Position numbers and translations under genes: made by a program. DNA of 50,307 bases from a virus (Duplodnaviria; Caudoviricetes). The number at the start of each line of letters is the position of its first letter. Position 1 is the stretch's first letter. Below are positions 36,463-46,510 of this stretch, one piece after another. The stretch lies in the IMG/VR virus record IMGVR_UViG_3300037045_000218, positions 1 to 50,307 of that record; one strand, written 5' to 3'. The notes under the pieces were generated by a model, which saw only the letters and a list, made by a program, of their open reading frames with translations, searched no databases and was not told where the DNA came from.

Positions 36463-37659
36463 TTAAGCTTTTTGCTGAAGAACTTTTATGGCTTCAGGCA
36501 AAATCAGTTTCCCATCCACTCGTTGGCTAGCTTTAAACCCTACTTGTCCCGTAGCAGCAAACAGCTCGTTGAGCCGTTGGAAGGATCTACCCTGTCTATC
36601 CGCTATCCAATAGTAACCGAAATCACCAAAAGCGATGGTCTTGGCACCAGCAGCGATGTTGGGCGCGTAGCTGGACGTTTTCACCGGTCTGTTTAAGATG
36701 GTATCCGGTTGTCCTGCAGTTATGGATGGCTGCCATAAATACTGTCCGTTGCCGTCTTTAAGCTTTCGGATAGCCTTAACGGTTGCGTCATTCATGATGA
36801 AGATGGCGTTTTTTCTATACGGAGATTTTAAAGAGTGGTACAAATCGATCAGCTCATCTGCAGTAATGCTTGTAGCAATGGCAGAGGTAAGTCCTACTTC
36901 AGCGCCACCGGTCGCATGTAGGATGCCTGTGGGCTTACTGGATCCATCTCCGATCAGAAACGCCTCTTCTTCTTTCGCTCCAATCCTTCTGGCAAATTCC
37001 GTTGCAATGTAGTTTGCAATATCAAAGAACCCATCATTAAGCAGTTCCTCGGAAATTTTGATGATGGTTGCCAGCTTATTGGCTCCAAGGGTGATCTGTC
37101 CGAAAGCGTCATCCGATTCAGGGATAGGGCCTTCTTCATCCACCCAAGAAGCTGTTCCTTTGGATGCCACCACCGGAATCTTTCGATCTCCAGAGGCTGT
37201 GGCAATGACCTTGGCAATTCCTCTGAAGATGTTTTCTTCCTGAAGGGCTGCAATCAAAGTCCGTTCGAATTCGTCCGGGACCAAGTACCCCCCTTCCGAA
37301 TCGGTACCGATCTGCAGTGCGTTTTGTACGTCGAAGCTGTTTTTACTTCGCATGGCGTTCCAGAATGCTTTCCTGTATTCATCGGACGCTCTCCCGGTTT
37401 TCTCTTCCAAGCCTGCAGTAGAAGGTCTTCCAGTTAGAGGTAGGTTCAGTGGTTTAGAAAGTTCTCTGTCCAATGCCTCTTGCTTTTCCAAGCGATCGAT
37501 CTCATGCCCAAGAGCCACCACCTCCCCCTCCATTTTGTCGTAGGTGGCTGTATCCTCAGCAGAAACAATGCCATCCGTTCCTCGTTTGGTATCTAGAAAA
37601 GCTTTCGCAGCTTCCCATGCTTTTGCACGCTTTTCGCGCAGTTCAAGAATTCTATTCAT
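36463..37659 (-). CDS. HK97-family major capsid protein
   Basis: Coiled-coil delta domain, GGYLVP, GDGSSKPTG, FGDF. Confidence 0.96.
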   Translation of the reverse strand: MNRILELREKRAKAWEAAKAFLDTKRGTDGIVSAEDTATYDKMEGEVVALGHEIDRLEKQEALDRELSKPLNLPLTGRPSTAGLEEKTGRASDEYRKAFWNAMRSKNSFDVQNALQIGTDSEGGYLVPDEFERTLIAALQEENIFRGIAKVIATASGDRKIPVVASKGTASWVDEEGPIPESDDAFGQITLGANKLATIIKISEELLNDGFFDIANYIATEFARRIGAKEEEAFLIGDGSSKPTGILHATGGAEVGLTSAIATSITADELIDLYHSLKSPYRKNAIFIMNDATVKAIRKLKDGNGQYLWQPSITAGQPDTILNRPVKTSSYAPNIAAGAKTIAFGDFGYYWIADRQGRSFQRLNELFAATGQVGFKASQRVDGKLILPEAIKVLQQKA

Positions 37660-37678
37660 CTTTTATTCCTCCTATTTT

Positions 37679-38377
37679 TTAGTGTTGAATCAAAGAGAGC
37701 CGCTTTTCAAGCGACTCAACGGGTGAGCCTGTATTTTGTTTTGGTAGTTTTGGTTTTACCTTATCTAAAAGCGTGTTGGTCACCGCTCGGCGGCTGAATG
37801 CATAGGTAAAACCATCGACGAGCGCTCGTTTCTTTTCGTCTTCCAAGATTCCGTCAGCAAAACCAAGTTCAATGGCTTTCTTTGCATTAAGCCAGGTTTC
37901 CGCATCCATCAGATGAGAAAGCTTCGCCCGTGACTGCCCCGTTTTAATTTCATAAGCGTTGATGATGCTTTCTTTAAACTCAGAGAGCATGGCGATAGCC
38001 TTTTGCATTTCTTCACTATCGCCGATGGCTACAGTCAAGGGATTGTGCACCATCATGAGAGCCGTCGGTGCCATCAAAACCGTCGTCCCCGCCATGGCGA
38101 TCACTGACGCGGCAGACGCGGCTATTCCGTCGATTTTTACTGTGACTTCCCCTTTGTAATCCATCAGCATTGCATAGATCTGACTTGCTGCTATGCAGTC
38201 TCCACCGGGCGAGTTGAGCCAAATGACAATATCACCCTCGCCGGAAGTAAGCTCTGCCTTAAAGTCTTTCGGGGTCACATCGTCATCAAACCACGACTCT
38301 TCGGCAATCACACCGTCAAGATAGAGTGTTCGAACACCGGTTTCTTCACCTGGTACCCAGTTCCAAAATTTCTTCAT
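37679..38377 (-). CDS. ClpP-like head maturation protease
   Basis: LNSPGG, GIAASAAS, MVHNP, ETWL. Confidence 0.95.
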   Translation of the reverse strand: MKKFWNWVPGEETGVRTLYLDGVIAEESWFDDDVTPKDFKAELTSGEGDIVIWLNSPGGDCIAASQIYAMLMDYKGEVTVKIDGIAASAASVIAMAGTTVLMAPTALMMVHNPLTVAIGDSEEMQKAIAMLSEFKESIINAYEIKTGQSRAKLSHLMDAETWLNAKKAIELGFADGILEDEKKRALVDGFTYAFSRRAVTNTLLDKVKPKLPKQNTGSPVESLEKRLSLIQH

Positions 38378-39630
38378 TCTGTTTCCTCCGTTTCTTTTAT
38401 ATTTGCAAACGCCCCTGCATCCTGCAGTTTGGTCATTGCACCGTTGATCAGATAAAGATCACCACCCAGCTCCGAAGGGATGCGGTCCAGGTTCTCAAGC
38501 TCCCGGATATCATTGGTACTCATCCATCCGTTTTGACGAGCGGTGGCATAACCGCTCATACGACTGACATAATCTCCTCGCAGCAGTCCATCCACGTTGA
38601 ATCGAATGAACAGCTTCGGCTTTTCACTTTCCATGAGTAGGGCGCGGCTCATGGACTGTTCCCAGCGCACCACCCACGGATCTAAGGTGTATTTTACGAA
38701 CTCCAATGACTGCTGTTCGATGTTACTAAACGAGGACTTCTCTAGATCAGCAAGCATGTGGGGTGGGACTCTGAATATCCGGGCGATCTCATTGATTTGA
38801 AACTTCCGCGTCTCCAAAAACTGCGCCTGTTCCGGAGAGATGCCGATGCTTTGGTACTTCATGCCTTCCTCCAAAACCGCCACTCTGTGGGCATTTGTGC
38901 TCCCCTGATAGGCCGCATTCCATGATTCCTTAATCTTTAGTGGGTCCTTGATCGTGCCTGGATGTTCCAGGACACCGCCCGGAGCGGCTCCATTAGCAAA
39001 GAACTTAGCACCGTATTCTTCGGTAGCAATGGCTAATCCCACTGCATTTTTCGCCATTGCTATAGGCGAGTAGCCTACTAGTCCGTCAAAGCCCAAACCA
39101 GGAATATGCAGTACTTCTGAGGGAGATAAGTAGACCTGACTCTCTGTCCCAAGGGATGGTGCATCTTCTCTACTTCGCTGGTACATATAAAATAGCCGAC
39201 CACTTTTATCACGATCGACCATCATTTTGTTTGGCATTAAAGGGTAGAGTGCAACAACCTCTCCTCGGGCATTTCGTATGATTTGCGCATAGGCGTTCCC
39301 CCATAACAAAAGATGACTCATCAGCGTTTCTCGAAACGCAAAGGAAGTCATCTCCGGATTTGGTTCATCATGAAGCAGTTTATACAGCGGGTGCTTCAGA
39401 TCCTTTTCTTTTCCACCGGAAGCGTTATACCTAAATACATGGAGCGGCAATCCCGCCAAGGTTTCGGATAGTATTCTCACGCAGCTGTACACGGCTGTCA
39501 TTTGCATAGCCGTTTGCTCATTGACCGGTTTTCCAGCACTGGTGCTCCCGAAAAAGAAGCTGAAGCGACTGTTTCCAATCTCATCTCTTGGTGCATCGCG
39601 CGCTTTGAATATACCTTGCAATATTCCCAT
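38374..39630 (-). CDS. HK97-family portal protein
   Basis: VYSCV, LLWGNAY, GYSPI, IARIFRVPP. Confidence 0.96.
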   Translation of the reverse strand: MGILQGIFKARDAPRDEIGNSRFSFFFGSTSAGKPVNEQTAMQMTAVYSCVRILSETLAGLPLHVFRYNASGGKEKDLKHPLYKLLHDEPNPEMTSFAFRETLMSHLLLWGNAYAQIIRNARGEVVALYPLMPNKMMVDRDKSGRLFYMYQRSREDAPSLGTESQVYLSPSEVLHIPGLGFDGLVGYSPIAMAKNAVGLAIATEEYGAKFFANGAAPGGVLEHPGTIKDPLKIKESWNAAYQGSTNAHRVAVLEEGMKYQSIGISPEQAQFLETRKFQINEIARIFRVPPHMLADLEKSSFSNIEQQSLEFVKYTLDPWVVRWEQSMSRALLMESEKPKLFIRFNVDGLLRGDYVSRMSGYATARQNGWMSTNDIRELENLDRIPSELGGDLYLINGAMTKLQDAGAFANIKETEETE

Positions 39631-39658
39631 AGACACCACTCTCCTTAAAATGGGCATG

Positions 39659-39685
39659 AAAAAAGCACCTCATGCAAGATGCTTC
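39659..39685 (-). terminator. Intrinsic terminator closing moron slot before portal
   Basis: AAGCATCTTGCATGAGGTGCTT + T-run. Confidence 0.65.
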
Positions 39686-40165
39686 TTATTCTATATAAAT
39701 ACATTCATGGAGCTTTTCTAAAATCCAAACTCCTGCTTGAAATAATACAATTACATTTTCAATCGAGGATGTGATGTCATTCCCATGAGAAAAATTATTT
39801 CTCAATTCCACTAAGGAATTTAACTGACCCTTTTGATTTTTTGCTATAATCTTAGTTGCAAATTCGTTTGACCATTTACTATTTATTTGATCTAACATTT
39901 TTTGAATTTGTCCCGTTTTGGGGTTGCATGATGAGTTAATTATATTTTTAGTCAGAAACTCCATAGCCTCCTCATTCGATCCTTTTGATACGTGATCAAA
40001 TATAATTTGCTTAAATACGTTTTCGATTGTTCCACACGATTTGATTACCGCATAACTAACAAGGTATTTAATATTAGAATCAAGTTTGTTGCTATCGATC
40101 CATGTTTTTATTTTGTTTAATTCATTTGAACAATCATCAATTTCAATTTTATATTTTCCATTCAT
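39686..40165 (-). CDS. HEPN-domain protein
   Basis: GTIE helix and LRNNFSHG (RxxxxH); overlaps DUF262 stop. Confidence 0.8.
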   Translation of the reverse strand: MNGKYKIEIDDCSNELNKIKTWIDSNKLDSNIKYLVSYAVIKSCGTIENVFKQIIFDHVSKGSNEEAMEFLTKNIINSSCNPKTGQIQKMLDQINSKWSNEFATKIIAKNQKGQLNSLVELRNNFSHGNDITSSIENVIVLFQAGVWILEKLHECIYIE

Positions 40166-41294
40166 AGTCCACCCCAAACAAAACGTTAGTGGCTAAATTG
40201 ATGCGGATTCTTATGTTTTCTATGTTTGTAGTTCTATGTGTTGCTGCATCAATAAAATCACTATTCGTTAATAGCTTAATGTTTTTATCTTTTAATTGTT
40301 CCTTATTTGGCATCTCTATTACTTTGCTGATTGCAAAACTAGTTGCAGTAGAAACAGCCTCAAAAACCACGGGGTTCACTTTTCGGGCATAAGTAACATT
40401 CTCTCCTTTGATTTTTACAGTCCTAAAAGCTTGTTCACCTAGGTTATCATACAAATAGGTTAAGACCTTTTCAAAAGTCAAAGTTAAATCTGTAGCATTA
40501 TGTTCATCAATATCTTTGAACTCACTCATAAATAAGTTCAAATGCTTAGTTAAATTAATTTGTTTCAAACTTTTACTGTTAAAATCTCTAAACATATTAA
40601 ATGCAAAGAAACGTAAAATTAATTCTATATCGGCCATTCTCGAGTCTTCTATATCTGAACCCAATACCTTTCGCCATACTTTAAACTTATTTAATTCAAA
40701 AAGCAACGTATTAAAGCTACCCTGATAAACACAATTTCTTATTTCTTGTGGCTTTAAAACTCGTCCACTTGTATTAATCCTTTCAAAAATCTGAAACATA
40801 CCTGTGTCATCTTGTGGATGTTTTTGTTCAAAAATAATAGCGTGAATAGAAGAATTTCTAATTTTTCTTTGCTCTTCAGCAGAAAGCTCCTTGAATGCTT
40901 TTCCACGCCAACGCTCATTTATATTATCAGCATTAGATAATTTGAATATTTTCCCATCACCTGTAAATAATCCAGTAACATAGTCAAAGACAGTCATTAT
41001 TCTTTGATATCCATCAATAATTAAACGTTTTTCATCCGGTGTTTTAGCTAGAAAAATACTAGGCACAGGCAAACCCAAAAGTATTGAATCAATAAATCTG
41101 CTTGCTTCATTTTTGGTCCAAACGTATTTTCGTTGAAGTTCTGGTTTTTCAAGGTCTCCATCTTCGTACATTGATATTAGTTCTCTAAACGTTAAGTCTG
41201 CTCCAAAGGAAGTTATGTTAAACAAAGAGTCATCCGAATATGATAAGCTTTCATCCTTTATTTCTTCTGTCAAATTATTATCTTTTCTTTCCAT
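40149..41294 (-). CDS. DUF262 (ParB/GmrS-like) protein
   Basis: PELQRKYVW, FIDSILLGLPVP, IIDGYQR, IFERINTSG. Confidence 0.88.
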   Translation of the reverse strand: MERKDNNLTEEIKDESLSYSDDSLFNITSFGADLTFRELISMYEDGDLEKPELQRKYVWTKNEASRFIDSILLGLPVPSIFLAKTPDEKRLIIDGYQRIMTVFDYVTGLFTGDGKIFKLSNADNINERWRGKAFKELSAEEQRKIRNSSIHAIIFEQKHPQDDTGMFQIFERINTSGRVLKPQEIRNCVYQGSFNTLLFELNKFKVWRKVLGSDIEDSRMADIELILRFFAFNMFRDFNSKSLKQINLTKHLNLFMSEFKDIDEHNATDLTLTFEKVLTYLYDNLGEQAFRTVKIKGENVTYARKVNPVVFEAVSTATSFAISKVIEMPNKEQLKDKNIKLLTNSDFIDAATHRTTNIENIRIRINLATNVLFGVDYEWKI

Positions 41295-41337
41295 TTTAAA
41301 CACCTCTATAATTCATAATAGTAGTAAGCTGGTAGGT

Positions 41338-41580
41338 TTAGAAATTATTTTTATATTTGGATTTTAGATCAACATATGTTGATAGATTCATACCTTTATA
41401 TACTTCAGTTCCATACGATTCTGGTAACTGCGCAGCCTTTACGACTTCGAGAGGCTTGACGTTTGCTTCACGCATATCGTCCGCATATATAACACCAAAG
41501 AGATGAATCATAGTTACCCTTTTCGCACCATTGATCTCATACATTTCCCTGAGTTTATTTCCTAATTCTAGACTTGTCAT
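41338..41580 (-). CDS. Small HTH-like moron protein
   Basis: 80 aa; IHLFGVIYA...SYGTEVYKG; GGAGG RBS. Confidence 0.65.
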   Translation of the reverse strand: MTSLELGNKLREMYEINGAKRVTMIHLFGVIYADDMREANVKPLEVVKAAQLPESYGTEVYKGMNLSTYVDLKSKYKNNF

Positions 41581-41702
41581 GATAAGCTTACCTCCATTTT
41601 TAATTTCTTAAAATTAGCATACCATATATTCTTGTTGTTGCAAAATGATTCTATACAATCAAACATGGTGCTTAACTAAATTATCTCAAACACTAGCACT
41701 TG

Positions 41703-43304
41703 CTAAATAAACAAAATTCCCCGGTTATCATAAACAGAAGAACCAGGCGTTTGGCCACATCGTATTGCCCTATCAAGAGCCATAATGGTTGCCACAGCTC
41801 CGTCGATTTTTTCTGTAGATTTTTCTTTATCTGCTTTGATGTTACCGGCAGGATCAGTACGGATGTAGATATTATCCATCATCCACCGAAGTACCGGATG
41901 CCCACTATGAGCAATTTTTTGTTCGAGGGTCAGCTTCATTAGTTCTTTGGTGGGCGGGCTCATATCCTTGAAGCCCTGACCGAAGGGAACGACTGTGAAA
42001 CCTAGGCCCTCAAGGTTTTGTGTCATCTGGACTGCACCCCAGCGGTCAAAGGCAATCTCTCGGATGTTATATTTCGTACCAAGCTGTTCAATGAACGCTT
42101 CGATGAAGCCGTAATGCACCACATTACCCTCGGTGGTTTGCAGATGATCTTGCTTTTTCCAGACATCATAATTAACATGGTCACGCCGCACACGCAAATC
42201 GATGTTGTCCTCCGGTATCCAGAAGAACGGGAGCACGACAAACTTGTCATCATCGTCAAGCGGCGGGAACACCAGAACAAAAGCAGTAATATCGGTGGAG
42301 GAGGAAAGGTCAAGGCCACCGTAGCAAACTCGCCCTCGTAAGGCTTCTGGGTCTACCGCAAAAGCGCAAGCATCCCATTTGTCCATTGGCATCCAGCGTA
42401 CAGCCTGTTTGACCCACTGGTTCAAGCGGAGCTGCCGGAAGCTGTTTTCCTCGGCGGGATTCTGGCGGGCGGACTCAAAAGCCGCCTTGACCTTATCTAA
42501 GCCGACTGTAATACCGAGGGAGGGATTGGCTTTTTTCCACACCTTTGGATCGGTCCAGTCGTCCCCTTGCGCTGCGCCGTAAATGACCGGATAGAAAGTC
42601 GGGTCATGTTTTCTGCCAATGATGATATCCAGTGCCTTCTGATGAACCTCCCAGCAGATGCTGTTCTGATTGTCTCCGGCTGTCGTGATCAGAAAATAGA
42701 GCGGCTGCATTCTCGCATCGCCACTGCCTTTGGTCATAACGTCGTAGAGCTTTCGGTTTGGCTGAGTATGAAGTTCGTCGAATACCACGCCGTGGGTATT
42801 GAAACCGTGCTTGTTGCCGACGTCGGCAGACAGCACCTGATAAATGCTCCCAGTCGGCAAATAAACAAGCCGTTTCATGGAATCAAGAATCTTGACTCGT
42901 TTCGCGAGTGCCGGACACATTCGCACCATATCCGCTGCAACGTTAAAAACGATAGATGCCTGATTACGGTCGGCGGCGCAGCCGTAGACCTCGGCGCGTT
43001 CTTCATTATCGCCACAAGTCAGCAGCAGAGCGACCGCAGCAGCGAGCTCTGATTTACCCATCTTCTTCGGTATTTCTACATACGCTGTGTTGAACTGCCG
43101 ATAGCCGTTGGGCTTGATGGTGCCAAAGATGTCCCGAATAATCTGCTCCTGCCAGTCAATAAGCTCAAAAGGCTTACCGGACCAGGTGCCCTTGGTATGG
43201 GAGAGCGCCTCAATGAAGGATACGGCATAATCAGCTAGAGCCTTGTTATAGACTGAATCCGATGCTTTAAATCGGGTGGAAGAGTATTTCTTGAGTTTCT
43301 TGAT
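41703..43304 (-). CDS. terL: Terminase large subunit
   Basis: IPKKMGKSE Walker A, VVFDELH, GGLDLS, KIDG; start uncertain (ATC 43304 or ATG 43331). Confidence 0.96.
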   Translation of the reverse strand: MKKLKKYSSTRFKASDSVYNKALADYAVSFIEALSHTKGTWSGKPFELIDWQEQIIRDIFGTIKPNGYRQFNTAYVEIPKKMGKSELAAAVALLLTCGDNEERAEVYGCAADRNQASIVFNVAADMVRMCPALAKRVKILDSMKRLVYLPTGSIYQVLSADVGNKHGFNTHGVVFDELHTQPNRKLYDVMTKGSGDARMQPLYFLITTAGDNQNSICWEVHQKALDIIIGRKHDPTFYPVIYGAAQGDDWTDPKVWKKANPSLGITVGLDKVKAAFESARQNPAEENSFRQLRLNQWVKQAVRWMPMDKWDACAFAVDPEALRGRVCYGGLDLSSSTDITAFVLVFPPLDDDDKFVVLPFFWIPEDNIDLRVRRDHVNYDVWKKQDHLQTTEGNVVHYGFIEAFIEQLGTKYNIREIAFDRWGAVQMTQNLEGLGFTVVPFGQGFKDMSPPTKELMKLTLEQKIAHSGHPVLRWMMDNIYIRTDPAGNIKADKEKSTEKIDGAVATIMALDRAIRCGQTPGSSVYDNRGILFI

Positions 43305-43412
43305 ACGCCACCGCCTCCTTTCGCAGGTCATAAAAAATACAGCCCATCATGGCTGTATAACGAGGAACAGAGCCGGTTGGTTCATGTCCCAAGGAAATTA
43401 AGTTTGTTCGTG

Positions 43413-43640
43413 TTAGCTGTTTTCCTTATGAAGCAGGAGTTCAAGGGCAAGCTGCGTGTCTGGGTCAGCGGGCTCTAGATCCCAGCCTCTGTCATAATTG
43501 CATACGACCTTGCCATCTCGTTTGAGGATCAGCTTGCTGATCCTGCCGCCGTCGATTCCAAATTGCGAACCTTCCTCGTAGACCTTCATCCAGTAATGAA
43601 AAATGCTGTCGTGAATCTTAAGGTTTCCTTCTTTCCACAT
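43413..43640 (-). CDS. Conserved phage hypothetical protein
   Basis: MWKEG...SQFGIDGGRISKL...NYDRGWD. Confidence 0.75.
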   Translation of the reverse strand: MWKEGNLKIHDSIFHYWMKVYEEGSQFGIDGGRISKLILKRDGKVVCNYDRGWDLEPADPDTQLALELLLHKENS

Positions 43641-43750
43641 GGTGTGTACCTCCTTCGTTTTTGTATGTCCATATTCGCTTTGAAAGCACACTATAGCAAG
43701 TTAATTCAAAGATACAAATGCATAATAAATCGTTACGAAAGTGAGGTGTA

Positions 43751-43927
43751 TTACGCTTCGCCGGTCAGGATGAAACGGGGGTATTCCTTGCGGTTTTCCT
43801 CCAAGTACACTACCAGCTCATAAAAGCCCATGTCGTTTGCGATGCGCTGCACCGCTACTACATCAAACATATTTGTAATGCCGGTCTCGCGAATAGACAG
43901 GATCTGCTTGCGCACTTTATCGGTCAT
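43751..43927 (-). CDS. DUF5049-like protein
   Basis: QILSIRETGITNMFD...FILTGE. Confidence 0.75.
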   Translation of the reverse strand: MTDKVRKQILSIRETGITNMFDVVAVQRIANDMGFYELVVYLEENRKEYPRFILTGEA

Positions 43928-44147
43928 CGTCGCACCTCTGGCAAAGGTCCTCGCCAAAGACTACGTTCAGTCCGCTGCCGTTGTCCCAGCTAACCATAAT
44001 GCTTGCTGTATCATCCACACCAATTACGGTGCCCTTGGTGCTAATAGGCGGAGCCTGCACATCATCCATGCGAATAAGCTCCACGCGGCAACCGATCGGA
44101 AATTGACGGCGGATGCGGTCGACTACTTCTTTATTCGGAAATCTCAT
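43917..44147 (-). CDS. DUF4314-like protein
   Basis: GCRVELIRMDD...VDD...WDNGSGLNVVFGED. Confidence 0.8.
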   Translation of the reverse strand: MRFPNKEVVDRIRRQFPIGCRVELIRMDDVQAPPISTKGTVIGVDDTASIMVSWDNGSGLNVVFGEDLCQRCDDDR

Positions 44148-44892
44148 CACCAGCTGCCTCCTTTCCATTCAGCAGGGCATTTACCGCTTCTACTACATCG
44201 GGATCGTCGGTGGCAGCGTCAAGGTCCTCTGCGCTGAAGCCCTTTTTGGCTACAGTTCGAAATGCGGCACTACCGGTCAGGTTCCGAAGAAGTGTCCGGC
44301 GCGTTTCCTTAAACTCATCACCAATGAAGCCGAGTCTAAGGAGGAAGCATCGGAATGCGTACTTCTCATTGTCGGTTTCCTTTTCCTTGGCAGTCACTCG
44401 CTTATGGCTCTTCGCTGCATCAAGCATATGCCCAAGGAAGTGGGCGGCTGCGCTGATGACCTCAGGCTCCGGAATGCGATCGAACCAAGGGAAGCGGATA
44501 CGCTCCTCGGTTACCTCGATTTCCAAGGTGTTAGCGCCGAGCGCCTTTTTGATGAGTGTCGCTTTGCTGTCGACCATCCTGCGCAGGTTGTCAATCGCCG
44601 CTTCGGTGGTGTCTTTCAGCGGAAGCTCGATGCAAAGTCCATCTGCGACTTCCTCGACCTCAGCTTCAAAGCCCATTTCACAAAGGCGCTCGATAAGCTG
44701 CTCAGCCTCGCCGCTGTTGGCGTGGTCATCGAAGGAAAGGATGCCATCCTTGCTGATTGTGAAGTTGTCCACCTGATAAGCACTTGATGGAACGCCGAGG
44801 TACTTGGCGTCGCTATCGAGAATTTGGGCAATGGCCTGTACCAGTCGCTTGCGGTCGGGTCCAGTTACGTTGTACTTGATTTCCATTTTCAA
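44131..44892 (-). CDS. Conserved phage protein (usually annotated virulence-related protein)
   Basis: GPDRKRLV, NEKYAFRCFLLRLGFIG...LTGSAAFR. Confidence 0.75.
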   Translation of the reverse strand: MKMEIKYNVTGPDRKRLVQAIAQILDSDAKYLGVPSSAYQVDNFTISKDGILSFDDHANSGEAEQLIERLCEMGFEAEVEEVADGLCIELPLKDTTEAAIDNLRRMVDSKATLIKKALGANTLEIEVTEERIRFPWFDRIPEPEVISAAAHFLGHMLDAAKSHKRVTAKEKETDNEKYAFRCFLLRLGFIGDEFKETRRTLLRNLTGSAAFRTVAKKGFSAEDLDAATDDPDVVEAVNALLNGKEAAGDEISE

Positions 44893-45018
44893 AACCTCCT
44901 ATCGTTTTGGTATGTACATACATCACTCTAAAGGCACCATATAGCAAGTGATTTTCGAGAAATATATGTGCCAAATCGAGTCGGAGTAAGGGACGCTATT
45001 TCATCAGCGGTGTTATCG

Positions 45019-46266
45019 TCACGCATGGCTGTCCTCGCTGGCTGACACCTCTGCATAGGAGTAGAGCAGACCATCGCGCTGAACTGAAACCTTGTCAGCA
45101 GACCCGACCTGTTCGATGTAGCGCTTAACTATAACGTCGCAGAACTTCTCATCAAGCTCGATAGTATAGCAGGAGCGGTCAGACTGTTCGCAGGCGATTA
45201 GCGTTGAACCACTGCCGCCGAATGGATCGAGAACCAGGGTGTTGCTCATGCTGCTATTCATAATCGGATACGCCAAAAGCGGGACCGGCTTCATGGTCGG
45301 GTGTTCACCATTTTTCTTAGGCTTGTCAAACTCCCAGATAGTGGTTTCCTTACGACCGGTGTACCACTGATGCTTGCCGGTTTTTTTCCAGCCATAGAGA
45401 ACAGGCTCGTGCTGCCATTGGTACGGAGAGCGCCCCAGAACCAGTGACTGCTTCTTCCAGATACAGCAGCCGGACAAATAAAAACCGGCATCCACAAAGG
45501 CTCTCCTGAAATTCAGTCCTTCGGTGTCGGCATGAAAAACATAGATGCTGGCGTCACCTGCCATGACCACTTCGGTGTTTGTGAAAGCATCGAGCAGAAA
45601 GTGGTAGAAGGCATCATTGCCCATGTTGTCGTTTTTGATCTTTCCGGCGGTGCCTTCGTAGTTAACGTTGTAGGGCGGGTCGGTGATCACGAGATTGGCT
45701 TTGGCACCGGCCATCAGCAAGTCAAAGGTGTCCTTCTTAGTGCTATCACCACAGACCAGTCGGTGCCGACCAAGGGTCCAGAGGTCACCGAGCTTGGTGA
45801 ATGGCGGCTCTTTTAGCTCTGCATCTACATCAAAATCATCGTCCTTTACATCCTCCATTCCACTCAGGAGTTTATTAAGCTCGGCATCGTCAAATCCGAG
45901 GATCGAAATGTTAAACTCCGCTCCTTGCAAATCAGACAGTTCTACGGAAAGCATCTCAGCATCCCAACCGGCATTCATGGCCAGCCGGTTATCAGCAATG
46001 ATGTATGCTCGCTTTTGTGCCTCAGTCAAATGCTCGGCAAACACGCACGGGACCTCTGTGATGCCTTCCTCCTTGGCAGCGACGATTCGTCCGTGGCCCG
46101 CAATGATGTTCAACTCTTTATCAACAATGACAGGGTTGACGAAACCGAACTCTCGAAGAGACGCTCGAAGCTGAAGGATTTGCTCTTTGCTATGGGTGCG
46201 GGCATTCCTGGCATACGGGATCAGCTTTTGTATATCCACTCTTTCAAATTTTGATGTAATTTCCAT
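45019..46266 (-). CDS. ParB-like domain + N6/N4 DNA methyltransferase
   Basis: LIPYARNAR..H, IIAGHGR; TDPPYN, HPTMKP, DPFGGSG. Confidence 0.93.
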   Translation of the reverse strand: MEITSKFERVDIQKLIPYARNARTHSKEQILQLRASLREFGFVNPVIVDKELNIIAGHGRIVAAKEEGITEVPCVFAEHLTEAQKRAYIIADNRLAMNAGWDAEMLSVELSDLQGAEFNISILGFDDAELNKLLSGMEDVKDDDFDVDAELKEPPFTKLGDLWTLGRHRLVCGDSTKKDTFDLLMAGAKANLVITDPPYNVNYEGTAGKIKNDNMGNDAFYHFLLDAFTNTEVVMAGDASIYVFHADTEGLNFRRAFVDAGFYLSGCCIWKKQSLVLGRSPYQWQHEPVLYGWKKTGKHQWYTGRKETTIWEFDKPKKNGEHPTMKPVPLLAYPIMNSSMSNTLVLDPFGGSGSTLIACEQSDRSCYTIELDEKFCDVIVKRYIEQVGSADKVSVQRDGLLYSYAEVSASEDSHA

Positions 46267-46283
46267 AGGACGCTCCTTTTTAC

Positions 46284-46497
46284 TTCAAATTATGTAAATT
46301 TAATGGTATAATTGTTTTAATTGAATAAGATGAACTTAATAGAGTTCATCAGGTGCGGAATAGGATAAGCTGTTGGCCCCTGTTCCAAAAGGTCTTAATG
46401 ATAGAAGGCTCTTCTTTCAGACCTTAACATAAAATGTGTTAGCCATTAGTTTTCATATGATTGTTTCAATCATGTGATGACTAATGGCTTTTTATTT
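46284..46497 (+). promoter_or_regulatory. Promoter and structured leader ending in a terminator-like hairpin upstream of RNase H (candidate attenuator or sRNA)
   Basis: TTCAAA-17-TATAAT with TG extension; four hairpins; final AGCCATTAGT/ACTAATGGCT + T-rich run directly before the RBS. Confidence 0.55.
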
Positions 46498-46510
46498 GGG
46501 AGGAATGTGA

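Noticed and set aside
46319-46497. SAM-I riboswitch near metK
   Set aside because: Wrong strand and position for metK and lacks the GCAACC/GGTGC core arrangement
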